From a bacterium (GTDB taxonomy: Bacteria > Bacteroidota > Ignavibacteria > UBA10030), in assembly GCA_043803945.1 (NCBI GenBank), contig JAZDJN010000026.1, positions 1 to 64,000 of the forward strand: 64,000 bases of DNA, written 5' to 3'. This document shows, one piece after another, positions 49,405 to 59,006 of the stretch. The notes below the pieces were generated by a model that worked only from the letters and a program-made list of their open reading frames with translations, ran no database searches and was not told the DNA's origin. Every line of letters starts with the position of its first letter. Positions within the stretch are counted from its first letter, which is position 1. Position numbers and translations under genes: made by a program.

Positions 49405-49474
49405 CTAGCCCGAAGGCGTCTCGCCGAGGGAAAAAGCGAAATTATTGTGCTCGGCGGGGACGCCTTCGCACTAG
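49405..49474. repeat. 70-bp CTAG-bounded inverted-repeat element
   Basis: CTAG..CGAAGGCGTCTCGCCGAG ... CTCGGCGGGGACGCCTTCG..CTAG. Confidence 0.8.
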
Positions 49475-49501
49475 AAAATACTTTTTGGTCTCCGCCCCAG
49501 G

Positions 49502-49603
49502 GAAGTAGAGCTTCAAGCGACACGTGCCCAAGCGGAGCTTAGGCACGAGATGAAAAAACGTGAAGATGTGATTTAAAGTATCACGGTAGGACCGTGACAC
49601 CCC
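49502..49603. repeat. Palindromic repeat unit (right copy) plus a partial REP (copy D)
   Basis: Matches 47129-47163; TCACGGTAGGACCGTGACACCC at 49581-49602 matches the second hairpin of the REP doublet. Confidence 0.8.
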
Positions 49604-49624
49604 CGCGAACGAGATGACTTCTGT

Positions 49625-52600
49625 TTACCTCTTCACCGGGAGTGTACTTCTGAATGTATACTTTCCCGATTCTATTTCATACAACGCCCTCCCGCGTTCG
49701 ATCCGGAGGAAGCGAATTCCCTTCAGACTCTGAATGGGTTTCCTACTCTCCGTAACGGACTTTACGTCGCCAGTAGGTATACCAATGGTTGCCGTGGTAT
49801 TCGCCGGAATCGTTATCTTCCATTCAAACCGATCTTTTGTCCTTCTCCATTCACTGGCAATCAATCCGTAGGGTGAGCGGTGCGATGCCCTGATGTGTGT
49901 CAAATCACCGACGACGGTTGGATGCATGAGGAGGTGTTTGAATCCGGGTTGCACCGGATCGGGTTTGATACCGGCAAGGTGCTCGTAAAACCAAATAACA
50001 AGGTCACCGACAAGCATCACATGATTACCTGAGTTCATAGCCGGATCGGCGCTGTCACCGTTCCAGAGTTCCCAGATGGTCGTTGCGCCCCGCTCTGCCA
50101 TATATCCCCAACTGGGGTAGGTCGTATTCGTCGCAAATTTGTATACAAGGTCTGGGCGGTCAATGTCTGATAGCACCCGGCAGAGCCATTGCCCGCCGAC
50201 GAGCCCGGTTCCGATATGCCCCTTTGTCTCATTGATGATTTTCGATATGAGATGTGAAGAGACACGATCGCGTTCGCTGGGAGGAACCATTCCGAATGCC
50301 AGCGGCAGGACACAAGAGGTTTGCGAACCGTTATCGTAATATCCCTTCTCCAGTTTATAGAATTGCTGGTTCAACGCTCTGTTCAACTCTCCAGCAAGAG
50401 TTATAAAATGTGTTGCATCATCCTGCTTCCCTAACATTCCGGCATAACGTGACATCAACTGTAAATCATAATAGAAATATGTTGTAGCGAGAATCCCCGG
50501 TGCGGTCTTGCGCATGGGATCCTGGGAATGAATCAATACAGGATCCTCAGGCGGTACACACCAATCCCCATAACTGTCACGCGTAATGATACCGTCCTTG
50601 ATATATCCGGACATATGATCGATCCACAGTTTCATGCTGGAGTAATGCCTTGCAATGAGACTGCTGTCGGCGTACTGGTCGAGCAGAGTACCGGGAATAA
50701 TCACCGTACTGCTTGGCCAGGTGACATTATCATTGTACAGAGGCCAATACGCAGGGCAGACATCGCTGACACTTCCATTTTCCTTCTGTGCGTCTGCCAT
50801 ATCCTGAATCCACTTGGAATAGAGGGCAGCAATGTTGAAGAGGTACGTTTCACCTTTGGATTCTGCCGAACGATCGCCAAGCCATCCCTGCCTTTCATCA
50901 CGCTGCGGGCAATCGGTGGAGATGCTGCGGTAATTTCCTTTTACTCCCCAGACAATATTGTTGTACGTCCGGTTGATGATTGCATTCGATGTGGTGAACT
51001 CTCCGGCTTGTTCAACATCATCATTCACCACACATCCTTCGATAGCCGATAGGGTTGGTTTGCCGGGGAATCCGGTGACTTCAACAAACCGGAATCCATG
51101 GTACGTGAATCGCGGCTCGTATGGTTCTATTTCTTCTCCTTTCAGCGTGTAACAATCGGTCACCAGTGCGCCCCGAATGTTGTCGAGATATAAACCGCCA
51201 TCGGGCTTTAAAGTTTCGGCGTGACGCAGTTTCACATGCGTGCCTCGCTGTCCCTTCACAATAAGCCGGCACCAGCCAACCATGTTCTGGCCCATATCGA
51301 AAATGAAAACCCCGGGCTGTGGTTCGGTGATCGCAATCGGTTTCAACTTCCCGGTCACACGGATAGGATTGATCATCTGAGCCCTGAGTGCTCCTCCCGG
51401 AGCTGAAACCACGGATGGGATTTTCCATTGTGTGTCATCATAACCGCTGCGGCTCCAATTGCCCAATTCCATTCTTGCATCGTACTCTTCACCATCGTAT
51501 TCATTGTTTGCCCTTATCGGACCTTCGGTTGTTAATTTCCAGGTCTTATCACTCATCACAACCATGGTGCTCCCGTTAGTATATTCGCAGCGGAGCTGGA
51601 GAAGAAGTTTTGGGTAACCATAGGTCGTGGTGGTGGTCGGTTGGCGAAGCCGTGGAGCGAAGTAGCGTCCGTTCCCCAAGATCACACCGATGGCATTGTT
51701 TCCCTTCTGAATAAGAGACGTAACATCGTGGGTCACATAGAACACGCGTTTAGGGTACTCACTGAGTGCAGGGGAAAGAACGTGATTACTCACTTTGGTT
51801 CCATTTAAATACAATTCAGAGAGCCCTAATCCCGATATCGAAACAGTTGCCCGCTGAAGGATTTTGGTGCTGGTAAATTCCTTGCGTAACCAGCGCGCAG
51901 GCAGTCGACGGTCTTCCAGTCCATAGAGCTTTCCCCATGGAGCCATTCCTGCTGGACCAAGCACCTTCGAAGAACACCACTCTGAGTCATTTAATGGTAT
52001 TGATTCCCAACCTGTAATTTCCCTGTTCATCGTTTTCCATGTTGAGTCGGTTTGTAATTGCATCGATGATCCGTCGGTGAAGAGCATCGTCAGCAGGCCG
52101 ACGAATCCCGCCGGATTTGGTTTCTCTCCGATATTCTTCACTTCGACTGCGATAAGGTTCGATCCGGGCCTGATCTTTTTTGTCAAGTCGATATCGAGAA
52201 CACTGCGATGATCGTCGTGCCGGAGAATGTTCTCTCCATTGAAGAACAGGGTCGATTGATTGTCGCCGGTGAAATAGAAGTGCGCAGATTGCAGAGTGTG
52301 CTGTTCGGGCAATTGGAATTGACGACGAAAATAGCGGGCAGCGACAGGTGCAGACTCTTGAGGCTTTCCCTCAGGATACCAGATCCAGTTCGTTCCGGTA
52401 AGCTGTATTGTTTTATCTTCCTCGTCACGTCCGATCCACGAAGCTTTCCAATCATCTGCGGAGAGCAAGCCCATAGTCCAGTGTGCAGGGTTGCTCCAAC
52501 CGGAAGGGCGTCCATTCCTGTCCCATACTTGCACTTTCCAGAAGCAGGTCATCGATGATTGGAGCGGTGATCCGGCATACCGAATATGAATGGATTGATC

Positions 52601-52891
52601 GGAAAGAACCTTCCCGCTATTCCAGAGATCGGGAGAGTTGGCCAGAAGTTTTTTCTTGCTGCTTGCTACCATGACCTGGTAAGCTGTTTGGCGTTCACCC
52701 TGTTCGGCAGTGTTTAGAATCCAGCTCAGCCGGGGCTGGAGAATATCGATCCCGAGTGGATCGCGTAAGAACTCACATCGTAAATCACCTGGTGGTTGTT
52801 GATTTGCGAATGCAGGTGATTGGCTGAACGACAGGAGAAAGCAATAAAAGAAAATGATTAGCGAGAATTCGGCAAGATTTTGTGTGTTCAT
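49625..52891 (-). CDS. GH78 alpha-L-rhamnosidase family glycoside hydrolase
   Basis: Signal peptide; LRCE..DPLGID..PRLSW, FDMGQNMVG, PRFTYHGFRFVE, TDCPQRDERQGWLGD, GATTIWELW, SGNH. Confidence 0.95.
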   Translation of the reverse strand: MNTQNLAEFSLIIFFYCFLLSFSQSPAFANQQPPGDLRCEFLRDPLGIDILQPRLSWILNTAEQGERQTAYQVMVASSKKKLLANSPDLWNSGKVLSDQSIHIRYAGSPLQSSMTCFWKVQVWDRNGRPSGWSNPAHWTMGLLSADDWKASWIGRDEEDKTIQLTGTNWIWYPEGKPQESAPVAARYFRRQFQLPEQHTLQSAHFYFTGDNQSTLFFNGENILRHDDHRSVLDIDLTKKIRPGSNLIAVEVKNIGEKPNPAGFVGLLTMLFTDGSSMQLQTDSTWKTMNREITGWESIPLNDSEWCSSKVLGPAGMAPWGKLYGLEDRRLPARWLRKEFTSTKILQRATVSISGLGLSELYLNGTKVSNHVLSPALSEYPKRVFYVTHDVTSLIQKGNNAIGVILGNGRYFAPRLRQPTTTTTYGYPKLLLQLRCEYTNGSTMVVMSDKTWKLTTEGPIRANNEYDGEEYDARMELGNWSRSGYDDTQWKIPSVVSAPGGALRAQMINPIRVTGKLKPIAITEPQPGVFIFDMGQNMVGWCRLIVKGQRGTHVKLRHAETLKPDGGLYLDNIRGALVTDCYTLKGEEIEPYEPRFTYHGFRFVEVTGFPGKPTLSAIEGCVVNDDVEQAGEFTTSNAIINRTYNNIVWGVKGNYRSISTDCPQRDERQGWLGDRSAESKGETYLFNIAALYSKWIQDMADAQKENGSVSDVCPAYWPLYNDNVTWPSSTVIIPGTLLDQYADSSLIARHYSSMKLWIDHMSGYIKDGIITRDSYGDWCVPPEDPVLIHSQDPMRKTAPGILATTYFYYDLQLMSRYAGMLGKQDDATHFITLAGELNRALNQQFYKLEKGYYDNGSQTSCVLPLAFGMVPPSERDRVSSHLISKIINETKGHIGTGLVGGQWLCRVLSDIDRPDLVYKFATNTTYPSWGYMAERGATTIWELWNGDSADPAMNSGNHVMLVGDLVIWFYEHLAGIKPDPVQPGFKHLLMHPTVVGDLTHIRASHRSPYGLIASEWRRTKDRFEWKITIPANTTATIGIPTGDVKSVTESRKPIQSLKGIRFLRIERGRALYEIESGKYTFRSTLPVKR

Positions 52892-53059
52892 TTCGACTCT
52901 CCTTTAGTGTGAAGGAAAGGATGCTTTTCGGAAATATGATCGGCATGGTTACTCATTGGCAAGAACATGATTCGAGAAGATTTTTATTATCGTCTCAATT
53001 GTAATGTTCAGTGAGACCGTTTAAAACGGTTAAATCCTACCAGCTTACAATTCATAACG

Positions 53060-53186
53060 GGGTTGACCAAAAAGAAAAAAACTAGGGCGTCACGAACCAC
53101 TTCGTGACGCAATATGCGGAAAACATTCAGATTTCTTGTGTCACGGTGTGGACCGTGACACCCTTGGCGTACTTTTTAGTCAGCCC
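53060..53186. mobile_element. MITE-like element (copy C), inside a larger AACCGTT/AACGGTT inverted-repeat pair
   Basis: TIR GGGTTGACCAAAAAG / CTTTTTAGTCAGCCC (13 of 15 complementary); inner doublet 53081-53167; outer arms ~53012-53033 and ~53208-53230. Confidence 0.8.
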
Positions 53187-53250
53187 TAAAAAGATAAAAA
53201 ATCTTCGTAAACGGTTTTAACCGTTTTCACAACAGGAACAGTAAATTATT

Positions 53251-54234
53251 TCAATCATCGTAAGAAGCCTTCTTTTGTTTCTGAATGAACCACTCAACAA
53301 ACTGTTTCACTCCGGTCTCGAAATCAACCTTTGGGCTGTAGCCTAACAATGCATGTGCTTTTCGAATATCAGCATGGGTGTGTTTCATCTCGCTTGGATG
53401 TTCGGGTTCATACACTATCGTCAGTGGTCGTTGCAGATGCGAGGCCAGGAGATGAAGAACGTCGAGCATCTTGTGAGGAGTATTGTTTCCGATGTTGATG
53501 ATGAGATCGGACTGCTGATGATCACCAAGATAGTCAACCGAGGCGACAATGCCCTGAATGACATCATCGACGTGGGTGTAATCGCGTGAGGAATCACCCG
53601 CGCCGAAAATCTGAATGCGCGATCCCTCGAAAATCAGACGGCAGAATTTATGAATTGCTAAATCCGGTCTCTGGCGGGGGCCATAGACATTGAACAACCG
53701 CAGAACTATGGAGTTGAAACCATAGTCACGGTGGTATGCGTGAAACAGAGATTCACAAATTTGCTTTGTGCTTGCATAAACAGAGAGAGGCACAGTTGAT
53801 TGATGGTCTTCTTCAAAGGGAGCGATGGCATCTCTTCCGTACACAGAAGAGGAGGAAGTAAAGATAATGTTGTGACACCCGGAAGCACGCATCCAGTCGA
53901 GCACGGCAAGCGTGCCAAAAATATTATTCAGGATGGTATCATGAGGATGGCGCTGCGATTGGAGGATACCGGTTTTAGCTGCGGTATGAACTACAACGTC
54001 GATCTTATGGTGTGCAAGCGCCTTCAGAAGTGAGTTTGGAGCGCACAGATTAAGCTCATAAAACTGAAATGATGGATGAGAGAGCAACAACGAAAGATTC
54101 TGTTCTTTCAGAGAACGATCATAGAATGGATCGAAGTTGTCGATGCCGATCACCTGATCATTTCGCAGCAGCAGCTTCTCACAAAGATGTGAACCGATAA
54201 ATCCAGCGGCACCGGTTACCAGGATACTTGCCAT
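53251..54234 (-). CDS. NAD-dependent nucleotide-sugar epimerase (UDP-glucuronate 4-epimerase-like)
   Basis: TGAAGFIG, SSSSVYG, YASTK, VYGPRQRPDLAIHKF, RDYTHVDD. Confidence 0.9.
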   Translation of the reverse strand: MASILVTGAAGFIGSHLCEKLLLRNDQVIGIDNFDPFYDRSLKEQNLSLLLSHPSFQFYELNLCAPNSLLKALAHHKIDVVVHTAAKTGILQSQRHPHDTILNNIFGTLAVLDWMRASGCHNIIFTSSSSVYGRDAIAPFEEDHQSTVPLSVYASTKQICESLFHAYHRDYGFNSIVLRLFNVYGPRQRPDLAIHKFCRLIFEGSRIQIFGAGDSSRDYTHVDDVIQGIVASVDYLGDHQQSDLIINIGNNTPHKMLDVLHLLASHLQRPLTIVYEPEHPSEMKHTHADIRKAHALLGYSPKVDFETGVKQFVEWFIQKQKKASYDD

Positions 54235-54488
54235 TCGGGTATTCTCTTATCAGTTGTGATGTGAAGAATAAGCAAAGGCATAGTTAAGAAAACGATAGTT
54301 GGAGAATGATAACAGGGGAAGTTCGTGAAGCAATCGTTCTCATGCAATGTTCATTATCGGTCTGAAGGGAATTTCTCATTCCTGGCATTCCTTCAATTCC
54401 TTATAAATCAATCAACTCTGGTCACCAAACTTTTACCATCTTGCCTCGTATGCATCGATAGCCGCCTAGAAGCTTGGACGAAAAGTCC

Positions 54489-54637
54489 AACCACTGCGCC
54501 AACGGCGCATCAGCCTCTGGCTGAGAAGGACACCCTGCCTGCCGGCAGGCAGGAAAGGACACAAAGTATAAAATGAAATTAAATTGATTTGAAATTTTAT
54601 TATTCTTTATAGCTCTTCCTTCGTATCCTTAGTGGTT
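54489..54637. repeat. AACCAC-AAGGACAC repeat element carrying two palindromic micro-insertions
   Basis: Removing 54495-54524 and 54534-54553 restores AACCACGAAGGACACAAAGGACACAAAG (compare ~44563-44581); inverted partner at 54619-54637. Confidence 0.75.
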
Positions 54638-54728
54638 AAATTATTTCCTATACTTTTCAACCGGGTCCCTAGTTGCAGTTGTCCAAGAGTAGCGATAGAT
54701 TAGGGGCGACTAACAGAAGGGGGTGCCT

Positions 54729-55268
54729 ATGCTCATTTTTGTTGCTATTGCTCTCGGTTCATTTATTCTTATCGCCGGGTCATTCTTCTTTGGTCATGAT
54801 CATGATGCCAGCGACGCCGGCCATGATCATGGTGGCGGCGGTCATGATGTGAGTCATGATGCTGAACCGACGATCGGCTTATTCTCACTCAAAGTACTCG
54901 GGACACTCACCATGGGTTTTGGTGCAGCCGGGGCGATCGCACGGAATTATGACGCCAGTTATCTTGTTGCTTCGCTCTGGGGTACCGGTACAGGGATCAT
55001 GCTCGCGGGTATGATGTATTTTGTGTTGAAGCTCGTCTATTCACAACAAATCTCATCTCTGGTTACAACATCTTCAGCAATTGGACAGCAGGGAACAGTG
55101 TCGATCTCGATCGGTGAAATGACAGCCGGCGAAATTGAACTGTTTGTCGGCGGTCAGCAAATGGTCTATCTTGCCCGTTCTGCCCATGGCAAACCGATTG
55201 CGAAAGGCCGGATTGTCAATGTCGTACGCGTTGCTGGCTCTGAATTATTTGTCGAAGAGGTCGCATAA
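54729..55268 (+). CDS. Short NfeD-family membrane protein with a His/Asp-rich loop
   Basis: Three TM segments plus C-terminal OB-fold (IGQQGTV..I....GEI...I.KG..V.V); directly upstream of flotillin. Confidence 0.8.
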   Translation: MLIFVAIALGSFILIAGSFFFGHDHDASDAGHDHGGGGHDVSHDAEPTIGLFSLKVLGTLTMGFGAAGAIARNYDASYLVASLWGTGTGIMLAGMMYFVLKLVYSQQISSLVTTSSAIGQQGTVSISIGEMTAGEIELFVGGQQMVYLARSAHGKPIAKGRIVNVVRVAGSELFVEEVA

Positions 55269-55337
55269 GAAATTCATTGTAACTACATCTCAGCATTCCC
55301 AATCACTCAATTTCCTTTGGGGAAGGAGGAAGCATAT

Positions 55338-56948
55338 ATGATCGCACTATTCGGTTGGTTCGGGGATCTCACGGTTCCCTTCATGATTATTCTCCTGGCA
55401 CTCACCTTTATTATTGTACTGCGGGTGCTGGCAAGCCGTTATAAAAAAATTCCGCCGAACGCGGCCGGGATATTCTACGGAAGAAAATACACTCAAAAGG
55501 ATGCCGTCACAGGCAAAGAGCAGTCTCTCGGTTTTAAAGTCGTCGGCGGGGGAGGAAGAATACTGATTCCGTTTGTGGAGTCCTATCAGGAGATGTCGAC
55601 AGCGGCATTCCAGACCGATATCGATGAAAAGGGAATCCCGAATAAGGATAATGTGAAAGTCAACGTGAAGGGCGTTGCAACGTGCAAGATCTCAAACATT
55701 CCTGAAGACTTGATCAACGCCGCTCAGGCATTTCTTGGAAAGTCGGATGAGGAGATCAAAGCATTTGTCCAGAATATTCTGAAAGGACATCTCCGATCAA
55801 TCATCGGTAAACTGAACATCGACAGCTTGCTGAGAGAACGGGATGCCTTCAATAGACAGGTTGTTGAAGAATCCTCCGGCGAGTTGAAGCGTCTAGGGAT
55901 TCAGGTGATCACGCTGGTTATCCAGGAAGTCAACGACGAATATGGATATATCGACGCTCTCGGTAAACGTGCGGTGGCCGAAGCGGTGCGGGATGCAAAT
56001 ATCAAGGTTGCCCAGGCCGATCGTGAAACGGCAATTCAGGTCACCACGGCCCAGAAGGAGGCGGCAACGGTGAGGGCTTCGAACGAAGCGCTAATTGCCC
56101 AGGCGGAGATGGAGCGTGATGTCAAGAAAGCCGAATACAAGGCACGCAGCGATACAAAGAAAGCCGAGGCTGATAAGGCATTTGAAATTGCAAATGCCGA
56201 TCAGGACAAGACCCTCCGTGTCAAACAGGCTGAGAGGGATGCCGCTGAACGCGAGGCACAGATTCACGTTCAGGAAAAAGAAGGCATGAGAAGGCAGAAA
56301 GAACTTGAAGCCACGATTGTGCGGCAGGCAGAAGCAGACCGGCAGAAGACCATTATTGAAGCGGAGGGAGCAAAGCAGATGAAGATTTTGCAGGCTGAAG
56401 CGGAGATGATGAAGCTGGTGAAAGAAGCTGAAGGCCGGAAAAATGCCGATACCCTCATCGGTGAAGGCGAGGCGTCCAAGATGAAAGCGACATTATTTGC
56501 AGTCGCGGAAGGTGAAGCAGCAAAGAAGAAACAGGCACTCCTTGCTGAAGCAGAAGGTACACGGCAGCTTGCGGAAGCATTGGCGAAGATGACTACGGAT
56601 GCCAAACTGATTCTCATCCTCGACCGGCTGCCGATGCTCTTTGAAAAAGGGGGCGATGCCATGTCCAAAGTGGCGGAATCGATCTTCTCCAGTGTGGCCG
56701 CTCCATTGGGCAGTATTGATAGAATTGAGATCGTCGATATGGGCGGCGGCCGCGGGCTTGAGCAACTCAGTTCGATTGTCCCTAATACGGTCTTTAAAAC
56801 TCTGGCAGCGGCAAAAGCACAGGGAATTGATATCTCTAAATTACTTTCGACTCTTGGCATCGACATCGAAGAGGCATTAAAAATGATCGGCAAACCGGCT
56901 GAACAGAGTTTGCCGGAGGCAGAAGTCAAACCAGAGAAGAAGAAGTAG
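55338..56948 (+). CDS. Flotillin-like SPFH domain protein
   Basis: AAGGAGG RBS; TM, SPFH (GHLRSIIG, GYIDALG) and AEA-rich coiled coil. Confidence 0.93.
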   Translation: MIALFGWFGDLTVPFMIILLALTFIIVLRVLASRYKKIPPNAAGIFYGRKYTQKDAVTGKEQSLGFKVVGGGGRILIPFVESYQEMSTAAFQTDIDEKGIPNKDNVKVNVKGVATCKISNIPEDLINAAQAFLGKSDEEIKAFVQNILKGHLRSIIGKLNIDSLLRERDAFNRQVVEESSGELKRLGIQVITLVIQEVNDEYGYIDALGKRAVAEAVRDANIKVAQADRETAIQVTTAQKEAATVRASNEALIAQAEMERDVKKAEYKARSDTKKAEADKAFEIANADQDKTLRVKQAERDAAEREAQIHVQEKEGMRRQKELEATIVRQAEADRQKTIIEAEGAKQMKILQAEAEMMKLVKEAEGRKNADTLIGEGEASKMKATLFAVAEGEAAKKKQALLAEAEGTRQLAEALAKMTTDAKLILILDRLPMLFEKGGDAMSKVAESIFSSVAAPLGSIDRIEIVDMGGGRGLEQLSSIVPNTVFKTLAAAKAQGIDISKLLSTLGIDIEEALKMIGKPAEQSLPEAEVKPEKKK

Positions 56949-56962
56949 TTCTTATCCGATAA

Positions 56963-56992
56963 CCCTCCCGAAGGTGTTGGCCTCCGGGAGGG
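56963..56992 (+). terminator. GC-rich hairpin after flotillin
   Basis: CCCTCCCG...CGGGAGGG stem; no U-tract. Confidence 0.45.
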
Positions 56993-57019
56993 AAGAATCG
57001 CCGATCGGTGAGGAAATCG

Positions 57020-57481
57020 ATGAAGTGCAAGCGTTGTGGAAATGACTATCCGTCGAAGTATTATTTTCGAACCGACACAATGTGTATTCAGTGTTACAAT
57101 ACACTATCTCCCTCTGAACAGGAGCAGGCCGCGATGCCTCAAAAAATTCATGCTTTGACAACCACAGCCTTTACACTGGAGGGCTTCCGCATTGTGAAGA
57201 ACCTCGGTATTGTGCGCGGCATAATCGTTCGTTCCCGGTCACTGTTTGGATCTGTTGGAGCGGCTCTCCAGACAGTTGTTGGCGGAGACATTACATTGTT
57301 CAGCGAACTATGCGAGCAAACGCGTTCCGATGCTTATGAGATGATGATTCAGCATGCAGAGGAACGGGGAGGGAATGCAGTGATTGGTGTCCGATATGAC
57401 ACCACGGAAATCATGAGCGGTGTCTCCGAGGTACTCTGTTATGGTACGGCAGTGGTGGTTCAGGAAGTACCTCAAGCATAA
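57020..57481 (+). CDS. YbjQ/UPF0145 family protein with an N-terminal CxxC...CxxC zinc finger
   Basis: CKRC...CIQC, then LGIVRG..VRSR, GGNAVIGVRYD, EVLCYGTAV. Confidence 0.9.
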   Translation: MKCKRCGNDYPSKYYFRTDTMCIQCYNTLSPSEQEQAAMPQKIHALTTTAFTLEGFRIVKNLGIVRGIIVRSRSLFGSVGAALQTVVGGDITLFSELCEQTRSDAYEMMIQHAEERGGNAVIGVRYDTTEIMSGVSEVLCYGTAVVVQEVPQA

Positions 57482-57582
57482 CGTTCAATGGGGCCCTTGC
57501 GAGAGATCTCAGAATTCTTTCTGCAGGGATCGAGTGCTGAACACGAACGATCTAAAAGAGAGATAGTTTGAAAGGTAAGAGT

Positions 57583-58083
57583 ATGGCAGAACTAGCCACA
57601 CAGAAAACGTACGAGGTTGTTCAAGCGGTTCCGAATGCCATCATTGTGCACTGCAGCGATCCACGCTTTCAGAAAGCATTTTCTTCGTTCATCGCTGAAG
57701 AACTTGGATTCACGGAGGGGACCTATATTCCCCTGGTCGTTTCCGGCGCTGTCGGTTCGCTGTCCGAACCGTTGAAACTACCGAAGGAATTTAAATTTAT
57801 GAAGGAACGCATCGAGATGTTCATAACGCGTTTCGATACCATCAATCGGATCATTCTCATCAATCATGAAGATTGCCAGCACTACGAAGCGCTCAAGTCC
57901 TTTCTTGGCAATATCTTTCTCAATCGCGTTCGTGACATGATCGAGCGTCAGAAAGTCGATCTTAAGACTGTCTCCAATGCGCTGCTTCAACTTGCCGGTG
58001 TCAAGGTCGATGTGGATCTTTACTATGCCCGCTTCGCTGATGGTCAGAAGAACACAGTGGTGTTCGAGAAGATCGCCGGGTGA
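57583..58083 (+). CDS. Beta-carbonic-anhydrase-like protein
   Basis: HCSDPR (CxDxR) and NHEDC (HxxC) Zn ligands. Confidence 0.75.
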   Translation: MAELATQKTYEVVQAVPNAIIVHCSDPRFQKAFSSFIAEELGFTEGTYIPLVVSGAVGSLSEPLKLPKEFKFMKERIEMFITRFDTINRIILINHEDCQHYEALKSFLGNIFLNRVRDMIERQKVDLKTVSNALLQLAGVKVDVDLYYARFADGQKNTVVFEKIAG

Positions 58084-58168
58084 TGCCCTGGTAAGGATTG
58101 ATTGGTTTTTCTGAATTGAAGCGGATAAAAAGAACAAAGGATCGTCGTAGCAGTAGGCAGATAAATAA

Positions 58169-58211
58169 AGAACCCGATATTCAATGTTTATGAATATCGG
58201 GTTCTATTTTT
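58169..58211. terminator. Bidirectional intrinsic terminator
   Basis: Perfect 15-bp stem AGAACCCGATATTCA / TGAATATCGGGTTCT with A- and T-rich flanks between convergent genes. Confidence 0.75.
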
Positions 58212-58235
58212 GCAATTCTCCACCCTCCCTACAGT

Positions 58236-58595
58236 TCATCCCACGGGGAGAATTGCTTTTTTACACTCACACAAGCAGGCTTGGAGAACATTGATGCTCT
58301 CCGCCCCTGCTTGTTTTCCCATCAGCACATGATTTCCAACAGACCCTCCCTCGTAGGAGTTCCCGCTTTTTGAAAAAAAATATTTTTTCTCTGCGGCAGC
58401 ACCCTTCCTGGGAAAGAGAAGCAAAAGCATTATTGAGACTGTGATAACACCGCAGATGATCCCAGGCGAGATTTCGATGGGAAACTTCGCCCCGTATAAC
58501 TCGTTGAACCACAGCATTTTAAGACCGATAAAAACGAGAACAATTGCCAGGCCGTACCTCGACAGGTGAAATTTGTCGATTGCTCCCGCCAGCAT
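58236..58595 (-). pseudogene. terC: TerC-family C-terminal fragment
   Basis: LAGAIDKFHLSRYGLAIVLVFIGLKML matches the TerC/Alx C-terminus; the rest of the gene is absent. Confidence 0.75.
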
Positions 58596-58599
58596 AATA

Positions 58600-58810
58600 A
58601 CGGTTCGTTTGCACGAACCTCCTTGAGAAGCTAAATTCCTTCTTTGTCTTTTGCCAGTTGTTGCTCAGTTGGTGTAAGAACTGCTTCCATCTGGATGATG
58701 ATCATATCGTCGGGTAAATAGCTACGAGTTATAGTTAGGTCTATGACCCATATGTTCCACATCGAATGTTCCGTCACCTATGAAATCTCAGCTTCCATCT
58801 ATCCAACAGA
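58600..58810 (-). pseudogene. DUF2294 (MpsC-family) remnant
   Basis: SVG*MEAEIS* / TFDVEHMGHRP / TRSYLPDDMIIIQMEAVLTPTEQQLAKDKEGI*LLKEVR across 3 stops and 2 frameshifts. Confidence 0.7.
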
Positions 58811-59006
58811 AATTAATACATCCCCGTAAAAACAGTCATTCGATGCTACCAGTTGGAACCTATTTTTCATGGTTACCACACGATGTTCAGTATCAGCATA
58901 AATATTCCCAAATCTGGCGATACTTTTTGGTATACTATTCGTTATTACATGACATGGGAAATTCTTATCCACTTCTCACATCAATCAATAAGGAGGACTT
59001 ACCAGC

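Noticed and set aside
49405-49523. N-terminal 40 aa of the 186-aa HEPN ORF
   Set aside because: This is read-through of palindromic repeat DNA, not HEPN-like sequence
36678-53167. REP-doublet copies read as CRISPR repeat-spacer units
   Set aside because: Copies are kilobases apart, the spacers are homologous to each other, and no cas genes are present
54325-54576. 83-aa ORF upstream of nfeD
   Set aside because: Runs through nested repeat elements, with no RBS or family signal
58600-58810. Three TAG codons at Gln/Glu-like positions as amber recoding
   Set aside because: Frameshifts accompany them and TAG ends intact genes elsewhere; ordinary decay explains it
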